Source: Mayamaea pseudoterrestris | Taxonomy: Eukaryota | Reading direction: 5' to 3' | Length of the DNA stretch: 20,000 bases | NCBI GenBank assembly: GCA_027923505.1 | Contig: BROI01000029.1 | Location: 309,370 to 329,369, forward strand | In this document: positions 9,718 through 18,642 of the stretch, one piece after another | Numbering within the stretch: position 1 is the first letter of the stretch | Layout: the number at the start of each line of letters is the position of its first letter | The notes under the pieces: model-generated | What the model saw: the letters and a program-made list of their open reading frames with translations, nothing else | Databases searched by the model: none | What the model was told of the DNA's origin: nothing | Program-made: the position numbers and the translations under genes

Positions 9718-10064
9718 CTAATTGTACGAGTACACGATTATTGCACGACGACTTGTAAAGTATTTAGCTTGCTGTGGAATTTGAAATATTCTGCCAATGC
9801 TCTCCTATAACCCAGGCTTAACAGCAGTATGCCCTCGAATACAATGCTTCTATTTGTAATAATGCAAAACGTACCGGTAGATTAAATAAGGTACTGATTC
9901 GAGCCCGAAATTATGTAGAGAGGATAGCTGCGAGGCTTTCATTCTTGTGAACGAGTGTCGCCAGTTCAAACTCGCACTGCACACCATGGCGATTCATTCA
10001 CCTGTCCAATTGTCCACCTATCCCATGCACAAACTCAGCCCACTTTCCTCCGCAACAGCGTAAC

Positions 10065-10538
10065 ATGTCAAATTCTTTGAACGTCCTTGCAATAGTCTTG
10101 TTTTGGTTCCTGTCCGTGACCAGTCTCATATCCGGCATATGCGGATTCCTGCTCAAGCTTCCAAAGTTCTATTTTCCAGAATGTTACATGGTCAATGGCG
10201 TTCCAGGCACAGGCGATACAGACTTTGAAAAGATTGCGACATTTGTCTTTGCATGCGTCTACATTGCGCCAATTGGAGGATTAGTCTACGCCTACTTTGC
10301 GCACGGCGCAGTGTCCGAGGCAATGATGTCTGCGTCGATTGCTCCGCTGCTGTACCACGCCATGTCATTCTTTGGGATCTACTTTGTCTTTGGTCGATAC
10401 TTAAATCCTGAATTCACATCAATGCACGGAGCTGCGGCAGTGCATGCAGTCTATGCCATATTGTTCGGAGTGCTCTTTTGGGCGGCGTCGAGTAACGAGA
10501 CGAATGAGGTGTTTACAACATCATCAAAGACTGACTAA
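10065..10538 (+). CDS. Small hypothetical membrane protein (157 aa, about 4 TM helices)
   Basis: ATG preceded by C/A-rich 5'UTR-like sequence. Four hydrophobic stretches (VLAIVLFWFLSVTSLISGICGFLL; IATFVFACVYIAPIGGLVYAYF; IAPLLYHAMSFFGIYFVFG; AAAVHAVYAILFGVLFWAA). Confidence 0.75.
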   Translation: MSNSLNVLAIVLFWFLSVTSLISGICGFLLKLPKFYFPECYMVNGVPGTGDTDFEKIATFVFACVYIAPIGGLVYAYFAHGAVSEAMMSASIAPLLYHAMSFFGIYFVFGRYLNPEFTSMHGAAAVHAVYAILFGVLFWAASSNETNEVFTTSSKTD

Positions 10539-11039
10539 TTATGCGAAGACCAGCTCTAGCATGCGTTATCTAATAATTCCGCACTGCAACAGCTCTGGCT
10601 AGTGGCTACAGTGTACTCCTACTAGATCGGTTGGTGGGGTGCAATGTATTCCGAAGGTGATTTAAAGTTACCCTTGTCAATTTTCGTCTCGAGATGCGCA
10701 AATGACAAATGGGATAGGAATCAGTTATATATTTACAAAGTATAGTGATGTCATGCTTATCAGCTCTCAGTCAGCAGCGATGATAGGCGGGGAGAAGATA
10801 GCTACCCCACGAACGCAGACGTTTCTCGTGCCAGGCTGGCGCGCTCACCGCCGACGGTTTGCCATGGCGGACCGTCGTCCTCCATTTCACATCAACACCA
10901 TTGAGCAAACATTCGTCAGTACACGTAGTTATCATATCGACTGCTAGTCGACAACAGCTTAAAACTTAAATTGCCTGGCTTCCCAACCAACAAAGTTCCC
11001 AAAGTTCCCCGCTAGGCAATCTAAACGAGCAAAGAAGTC

Positions 11040-12644
11040 ATGTTATACTCGAACGTTGTTGCAGCCTCCTCGGCCTTGCTAATTTGTATAGCCCAGGCTT
11101 CTGTAACTCCTCCGTCTAATACCTACTGGTCTCGAACGGAACGAGGCGCGCACAATGATGAAGACAATGATGAAGCTGACCTAGAGACGCTCCAAGAGGC
11201 ACTGAGTGGATGGGAGCGACGGCCAGCAAGGAGCAGTGGTCTGCACCCTCGGGCGGGGCTCGCGTCGTCATCACGATTGTCGAGCAGCAGCAACAACAAG
11301 CGGAGAGGATCTAATGAGGACGATGTTGATTTCAAAAGGTCTCAAGACTGGTGGAAGGATCCATTGGCGCAGTTTGATGGAGTTGATAGTCGGGGCAGTA
11401 GGGAAATGGCGCCTTCGAAGAAGGATGACGACTACGTTTTGAATGATGATGAGCCAGAGTCAATAATGGAGGAGGATGACTTTACACTAAACGTACAACC
11501 AGTTCGAACTAAAGCGCCCCTTCCAGTAATTGAGGAACAAAATGACGAAACTGAGGTCATAACACCGCGGCCTCGCAAGACGCAACGAGGCTCATTTGAG
11601 ACTCCGAAGGAGACTATCCAAGCGAGCCCAGAAAGTCGTGTCAATCATCAAGTTGCAATCCAAGAAGAATCGCGCCAAGGCTCCTCATTTGGGTTTCCGG
11701 TCCTGCTTGCGTCATTAATTCCAGGACCAGCGAAACAATTGCTTTCTCGCATTCCAGTCATGCAGGTGCTGGCGCTGCTGGCCGTTGCAAAGCAACTTTA
11801 CGAATGGCGAATGCAGCAACCGCTTAAAGTTATTAAGAGTGTTGCCAAAGCTGAAAAGTCGCCAGCAGCTCGCAAGAAGACGAACAAGGCTGTCGAGAAC
11901 AAGCCCATTAGACCCGAAACAACACGCATGGACCATTTAGACTTGGACAGCGAATCGGACGAGGAGCTGGATCTCGACGAAGTACCAGAAGCTTTTCGAA
12001 ACAACCCCAGAACCAGAGCCGTTTTTGAGAAAAAGAAGAAACGTGCGAATGCGGCACAAGCTGCTGCTGTCCCAGAACCAAAAGCTGAAGTTGTAAAGCC
12101 ACGAAAGGTTGCGCCCGCTAAGCCGGCCAAGAAGCGAGTGACGAGCAAGAGCCAAACAAAAATGATGCCGGTTCTCTCTGGTGGGTGGACAGATGGGCTT
12201 TTTGGACCGCGCCGACCATCTGCCAGGCAGCTTATGGAGAAGGTTACCTCGTTAGAGCAATCCTTTCAGCAAGCGGAGCAAGCAAAGTCCAACCTAGAGC
12301 AAGCTTACGAGAGGGCGAACTGGCAATTGCAGGAATCACAAACGGAGTTTGACAAGCTTAAGCAGACTACGAAGTATTTGCAAGCACAGCTTCGCGACAA
12401 CGAAGAAATGCTGGAGAAGGTGGTCAAGGAGCAGGAGCACAAGTCAACGGAGGAGCTTATGCAGATGAAAGAGGCCATGATTAAGGTTGTTGAGCGAGAG
12501 CGCGAAGCCATGCGAGAAGAGTTTATCAAGCAAGCAGCCGAGCTGGAGGAAGTATGGAAGCTATCGGTGGGCAAGCGACGTCATTCGAGCCGAACCCGCA
12601 GCAGCGTTGACGACGCAAAGAGCAATGTATACAGCGTGGAATGA
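11040..12644 (+). CDS. Hypothetical protein (534 aa): N-terminal signal peptide, acidic disordered region, central hydrophobic segment, basic region and long C-terminal coiled coil
   Basis: Long ORF. MLYSNVVAASSALLICIAQA is signal-like. FGFPVLLASLIPG...MQVLALLAVAKQLY is hydrophobic. There is heptad-rich E/Q/K sequence from about 12230 to 12560. Confidence 0.8.
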   Translation: MLYSNVVAASSALLICIAQASVTPPSNTYWSRTERGAHNDEDNDEADLETLQEALSGWERRPARSSGLHPRAGLASSSRLSSSSNNKRRGSNEDDVDFKRSQDWWKDPLAQFDGVDSRGSREMAPSKKDDDYVLNDDEPESIMEEDDFTLNVQPVRTKAPLPVIEEQNDETEVITPRPRKTQRGSFETPKETIQASPESRVNHQVAIQEESRQGSSFGFPVLLASLIPGPAKQLLSRIPVMQVLALLAVAKQLYEWRMQQPLKVIKSVAKAEKSPAARKKTNKAVENKPIRPETTRMDHLDLDSESDEELDLDEVPEAFRNNPRTRAVFEKKKKRANAAQAAAVPEPKAEVVKPRKVAPAKPAKKRVTSKSQTKMMPVLSGGWTDGLFGPRRPSARQLMEKVTSLEQSFQQAEQAKSNLEQAYERANWQLQESQTEFDKLKQTTKYLQAQLRDNEEMLEKVVKEQEHKSTEELMQMKEAMIKVVEREREAMREEFIKQAAELEEVWKLSVGKRRHSSRTRSSVDDAKSNVYSVE

Positions 12645-13377
12645 ATGGTGTCTACCTTGCGCGAATGAAGAGTTAGTCAATAGCATATCGCACTCTAAAC
12701 TTATACATTATGTCAATTAAGTCATACGGAGTTTCAGGGTTGGTAGCCGTAACAGTAACCAGTGCAGTGAAAGTGCCATGCTTTCCGCACACCAATTTCT
12801 GCTGCTTGACTCGCCGAACCCTTCAACATAGTCGTAACTCACAACAACTGAAGTACTTGCAGTAGCGGATATCGCCAATGATTTATGTGTTCGTCTCGGT
12901 TGATAAGCTAGTAATTGACTGTGAATGGAAGTGGAACACACGCAGCCTCGAGTCATGCTGCAAAACGGCATATCGGTAGGAGTACGTGTTTTCATTGAAG
13001 AACACTTGGGCGTTTCTTACTGGAACTTTATGTCCAATATAGCCTGACATTTTGATCTGATCACTCGAATATCGAAAACACGGTTTATTCTTGTGAAAAG
13101 CTGTCAATCCTTGAACTTTCGCCTCGCACAATAAGTCCAATGTCTAATCCATTCTTGATACGACCCAAAAACGTCAGAATGACCTTCGTTAGCGTTCTTC
13201 ACGGAACATTTAGGGGTCATTTCCGAATCGAGGAGCTTGAGGAAGCGATGGCACGCGCAAACAGACCATTACAAATCTTGCATCTGGCGTCTCCTTTTCG
13301 ACCAATCTTTGCAATCGTTCCGCACCACTCGAGATAAAAGTGTTCATTCTGCATTACATCATTCTGATAGACTAGCC

Positions 13378-16300
13378 ATGGGAGAGAAGCTCAAGTCTAT
13401 GACTGAAAATACTTCGCCGTCGATTGCCGATCAATCCTTCGCTGACGATGACGATTCGTCGTCCGTCTCCGAAACGTCAACCAGTGACCCAAGCACGGCC
13501 AACCCAACGCAAAAGAACGACTCTACGCCCGATTCGTTGACGCACAAGGAAACGAGAGCCGTCAATCGAAGCAAGGTGCTCGTCTACGTGGCCTTGTTGA
13601 TTGCTGCAATCGGTGTCGGCGTCGCAACCTACTTCATCTCCCATCAAGCCCAAGTCGATGACTATGAGACAGCCGTAAGTCTTCGAGAATGATATACGTT
13701 GCTTGTTCTCTTGCCGATGATGTGTCGAGAGAGAAATTTGATTACCTCTTGCTTTGGTATCAGGCGTTACGAAACATTTGAGACTACTGATGTACACTAT
13801 TGTCGAACAACATCCTCGTTCTCATTATCATTCTCATTATCTTTTACATATTGACAGTTCGCCAAGCACGCCAACGATGTTGGAATTGTTGCCAACAATA
13901 ACGCCAACAATCTATTTGGGGTGGTGCGCTCTATGGCCACGGCCATTACTTCGTATTCGCAAGAGCAGGAGCAAAGATGGCCGACGCTTCCTAACTTTGA
14001 CGCACGAGCAACCGATGCCAAAGGACTGGCTGGTTTAGAGTTTATCGCTTATGCTCCAAAGGTTGCGGCCGACGAAACAACGGCATGGGAAACATACGCG
14101 CAGAAGAAGCAAGGTTGGATTGCCAAGGATTGGAGCTATCACGATGTTTCGACTGACGCCGGTTCCGTCCCTTCTAAAATCTACTACGACGGTCCGCGTG
14201 GCGAAATCAATGAGAATGAGGATGCAGATGACGCAGTGGGAGCAGATGAGTTCGAAATGAAAGGTGTCCACTTTCCTCTATGGCAGGCCGGACCTGTTCC
14301 GCACAATGCATCAGTCATTAACTTTGATCTTTATCAGCATCCCGCGTTTCGCGACAAGTTTAATGACGGAATCGAAGCGAGAAAAATGCTTATATCTGGT
14401 GTTGTGGATATTGATTTCATATTGGAACGCATTATTAGCCACAATCACACAGATGGCGAACACCAAGACCATACGAGCAGTGTCATTTTTCAGCCAGTCT
14501 TTGACGACTTCACTGACGATGCCAATGTGACGGGCTTTGTTCTTGCCGGAGTTCCGTGGCAGCATGTTCTTAGCGGTATTCTACCAACCGGTAAGTTCTC
14601 GTATGAAGCTTGAGCGAGTTGGTGGATACAACTGCACTTATCTCATTTGTCAAATGCTCCGCAACTCAGGAGTCAACGGAATTCTGGTGCAAGTGCAAGT
14701 CACTTGCGGTGGCTCTTTCACGTACATGTTGAACGGACGCGAAGCTCTTTACGCCGGCAAAGGTCTTCTTGGAAAGGCGAATGATGAGCGTCACGTAAAA
14801 TCATTCCCATTCGCAGAAGTAACCCGTTTCACCGAAGACAATGAACAGGATTTTGATTGTTTATACGCGCTCAACGTTGTAGCTACGGAATCATTTGAAC
14901 AGACTTTTTTCACCAGCGGACCAATCGTCTTTGCATTTGTCGTTGCGATGACTTTTGTGGTCACCGCTTGCGTCTTTGCCGTCTACGACTACACGGTCTT
15001 TCGTCGCCAAGCCAAGTTGCTTAGCACGGCGGAACGGACCAATGCGATCGTCTCCAGTCTCTTTCCAAAAGACGTTCGTGACAGAATAATGGCTGAGGCA
15101 GAAGAACAAGCGCGCCAAGAATCGGCAAAGCCAACCAAGGCATTTGGGTCGTCGGCGAAAAACCAACTGAAAGCAATTCTTGGTGAGCACGACCATGCAA
15201 CTGATACGATCTTTAAAACCAAGCCTATTGCCGATTTGTTTCCAGACGTTACCATTATGTTTGCGGACCTGGTCGGTAAGTTAAAACTAAATGGAAGAAA
15301 AAACAACTCGCCATTGGCGTTGAATGCGAACTGACACGTATATAATTTTCGTACACAGGTTTCACAGCTTGGAGCAGCATGCGTGAACCAGCACAAGTGT
15401 TTACTCTTCTAGAAACCCTTTATCACGAATTCGATCAGATTGCACAAAGTCGTCGAGTATTCAAAGTTGAAACCGTCGGCGATTGTTACGTTGCTGTAGC
15501 AGGTCTTCCCGATGCCAGGAAAGATCATGCGACCGTCATGGTAAGCTCCCATGGCAGCGTGAGACCTCTGCCACGAAAGAATGTCAGATGACCGCTCACA
15601 TCTCCCAACTCTCCGTCAGGCTCGCTTCGCTCGGGACTGTCTTTATAAAATGCATGTTGTAGTCCGACAACTCGAGGTTTCTCTCGGACCCGACACAGCT
15701 GAGCTCGGACTTCGTCTTGGATTGCATTCAGGCCCCGTGACCGCTGGAGTTCTTCGTGGTAAACGTGCTCGATTCCAGGTAAGCGTGAATGCGTATTTGT
15801 TAGCATTGATCTCCAGCGTAGCAAATTCTCAAGTCGCGCATTTTCCGAGCAGCTCTTTGGGGATTCAATGAACACGACAGCCCGTATTGAGACAACCGGT
15901 GCCAAGAACAGAATCCACATGTCCCAAGAAACGGCCGACTTGCTCATTGGGAGTGGCAAAGGACACTGGATCCGCGCTCGCGAAGATAAAGTCCAGGCGA
16001 AAGGAAAGGGCGAGCTCACCACTTACTGGCTAGAGGTCAAGGGCGACGTCGCAATGTCCCGAAGCTCAGCCACCAGTAGCAGTGAGGGCGGAACTCGAAA
16101 CAACGTCGCTGCCGATCGTGAAACAAAGCCCGTCTCGTCCAGCGACCCAGGGCAGAAAACATCGACTGACGACAAAGCTTTGCGTCTCGTCAACTGGAAC
16201 ACGGAAGTTATCAGTCAGATGCTCAAGGACATCATTGCTCGCCGTGAAGCGATAGGTACTGTGTCTGATACAAATTCAAATCTCGCCGAGTTGGAAAAAC

Positions 16301-17352
16301 AATCCCAAATTCTTGATCACACTGTCCTCGAGGAATGCACCGACGTGATTAAGATGCCAAGCTTTTCTTCAATGCAGCATTCCAGCACGCCGATCAAGCT
16401 CGAATCAGTTGTCGTCCAACAGCTGCATCTCTACGTCGAAACAATCGCTGCCATGTACCGCTCCAACCCATTTCACAACTTTGAGCATGCCTCCCACGTC
16501 ACCATGAGCGCTACCAAGCTTCTTTCTCGCATTGCTGCACCAGACATTGAAATATCGGGCGACGGTGACATCAACAGTGAGAAAATATTGCACGACCACA
16601 CGTATGGAATTACATCAAGTCCCTTAACTCGGCTAGCCATCGTTTGGGCGGCATTGATCCACGACGTTGACCATACGGGCGTTCCAAACTCGCTGCTGGT
16701 CGAGGAACATGCAAGCATCGCTGCCGCTTACAAGAATAAAAGCGTCGCAGAGCAGAACTCCATTGACATCGCCTGGGACTTGCTCATGCAGGACACATTC
16801 AAGGACCTCCGCAGGACAATTTACCAGACGGAGGATGAGTTCAAGCGCTTCCGGCAGCTCTTGGTCAACGTTGTGTTGAGCACCGACATCATGGACAAGG
16901 ATCTGGCGGCAAAACGCAAGGCGAGATGGGTCTTAGCGTTCGACCCGAGAGCTTCGGTCGGATCAAAGGAGGAACTGACGGCTCGCAAGGCATCCATTGT
17001 CATTGAGCATCTCATTCAAGCTTCCGACGTCGCACACACGATGCAGCACTGGCACGTGTATCGCAAGTGGAACGCAAGACTTTTTGAAGAAATGTACAAG
17101 GTGTGGAAGGAAGGCAGGTCAGCTCAAGATCCCAGCGAAAGCTGGTTCCAAGGTGAGATGGGCTTCTTCGACTTTTATATCATTCCGCTCGCCAAGAAGT
17201 TGAAGGATTGCGGTGTGTTTGGTGTCTCTAGTGACGAATATTTGAATTATGCCCAGCAAAATCGTCGTGAATGGGAGTTGAAAGGGAAAGAAATCGTTTC
17301 CGAGATGGTGGAGAAGGCAGATGCCAAATTCAGCAGCCTTCTTTGCATGTAG
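13378..17352 (+). CDS. Membrane receptor-type (guanylate-like) class III nucleotide cyclase fused to a class I cyclic-nucleotide phosphodiesterase, with an extracellular CHASE-like domain; 1158 aa, join(13378..13674,13858..14590,14670..15275,15359..15540,15620..15778,15853..17352)
   Basis: Five GT(AAG)-AG introns splice in frame (3477 nt in total). TM1 is VLVYVALLIAAIGVGVATYFI and TM2 is IVFAFVVAMTFVVTACVFAVY. Cyclase motifs: VTIMFADLVGFTAWSS, FKVETVGDCYVAVAGLP, LRLGLHSGPVTAGV, RFQLFGDSMNTTARIE and KGKG. PDE motifs: NPFHNFEHASHV, IHDVDHTG, LSTDI and QASDVAH. Confidence 0.93.
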
Positions 17353-17498
17353 ATTGTCGTCACGACCCGATTTTGCTCCGGACTGCCGAAAGTAGACGTA
17401 AGTACTCTTTTAATTGCATTGTTTAAATCAAAAGCTCGCCAAGTAGCATTATGCCCTTAGTGAAACATTTAGCCGCTTGTCTGAAAGTGCACAGGTGC

Positions 17499-18332
17499 TC
17501 AGCGAACACGCGACAAGCGCAGAACCAAACACTCCATTTCTCGTCCCCACTCGCATCCAGCAACGCCGTAAACATTCTCAGATATATCCTCCACTCGCAA
17601 GTCAAAGTCGCTTGCCTTTTCCAGCAGCATCGAATGCGAAAGGGCGCACCGGACCTGGACGCAAAGGTAGATTGTGGTGTGCGCATGACTGAGACGTTGC
17701 AACGTTCGCAGCAGCGGGCAGACTAATCGTGGCGAAAACAAAACGTCCGTCCCAACAATTGTGTCGAGCGGATCCCCTAGCAGATTGCTGTTTGTCGCAA
17801 TGTCTCGTTCCAGGTGCAACCAATCCAAGATGCAGCAGCTAACATTGACGTTGGGAGCTTGTCGAAGCAGCGTGTCGCGGTTCCTTTGCACGTTCGCATC
17901 AAGGTTTTCAAATGCCTCAAGACATTCCGATAGAACGACTCGCTTCGTCGATGATACCACTGCCAATCCTTGTCCAAGAAGTCCGCAACCGGCGCCTACC
18001 TCGAGCACATTGCCGAGTGGCGTGAATGTTGTCGCGGCATCGGATAACGATGAGGCTGCTGTCAGATACGTCAAGAGCAGATAGCAAGTTTCCCAAACGA
18101 TACCACCAGTATGCTGTAGACAGGCTGAAACGTCTTGGTTGATGACAAGCATGTTGCTTTGTGGCGTCAGCTCATTGGCACTTTCCGTCGCGCTGCGTCG
18201 GATCGCTAGCGACGACAGGCGATAGGCTATTTGCGACGCATTTGCCAGCTCGAAAAAAGCGGAAGAAGCATCCTCGCCATTGATCAAAATGTCTGGAAAG
18301 ATGAGTGGTTCTATGTCGGAGTTGTGGGCCAT
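17499..18332 (-). CDS. Seven-beta-strand lysine methyltransferase, family 16 (METTL21-like)
   Basis: Motifs HTGGIVWETCYLL, VLEVGAGCGLLG (SAM motif I), VVLSE, LDW and DTIVGTDVLF. The ORF extends to ATG 18467, but ATG 18332 (MAHNSD) is a plausible real start. The start is uncertain. Confidence 0.85.
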   Translation of the reverse strand: MAHNSDIEPLIFPDILINGEDASSAFFELANASQIAYRLSSLAIRRSATESANELTPQSNMLVINQDVSACLQHTGGIVWETCYLLLTYLTAASSLSDAATTFTPLGNVLEVGAGCGLLGQGLAVVSSTKRVVLSECLEAFENLDANVQRNRDTLLRQAPNVNVSCCILDWLHLERDIATNSNLLGDPLDTIVGTDVLFSPRLVCPLLRTLQRLSHAHTTIYLCVQVRCALSHSMLLEKASDFDLRVEDISENVYGVAGCEWGREMECLVLRLSRVR

Positions 18333-18642
18333 AACGGTGATTGGAGATACTTGATTTGTCGTCGATGTAAACGAGCGAGTTGAATGATGGGCGGTGCATA
18401 ATATATTATGGTCGACCGTCAATAAGAACAGTGTCGTTCCGGTATTTAGAGCATGCCGTTGAGACATATTACAACGTACTGTGGTGCGAGCTACCGGTAC
18501 GTTGACAGTAGCCTATCCTCTGTACAAACTCACAGTCAAACCAAACTGAGCAATCCTCAATTTACCTACTATAGGAAGCATCAGCATTGTTAGTGGTTAC
18601 TTCAAAGTGAACCTATCACTGGTAGGCAGGATGTGATTCAGC

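Noticed and set aside
13821..13841. CTCATTATCATTCTCATTATC short duplication in cyclase intron 1 (also AAAGTTCCC x2 near 10992)
   Set aside because: Trivial slippage repeats with no evidence of function.
13237..15871. Fragmented cyclase ORFs read as a pseudogene or several genes
   Set aside because: Every break is explained by a canonical GT-AG intron, and splicing restores a single frame.
625..18399. Numerous antisense or alternative-frame ORFs overlapping the main genes (e.g. 834..1319, 8655..9269, 15525..16022)
   Set aside because: No recognisable motifs. They are the expected shadow ORFs in coding DNA of about 50% GC.
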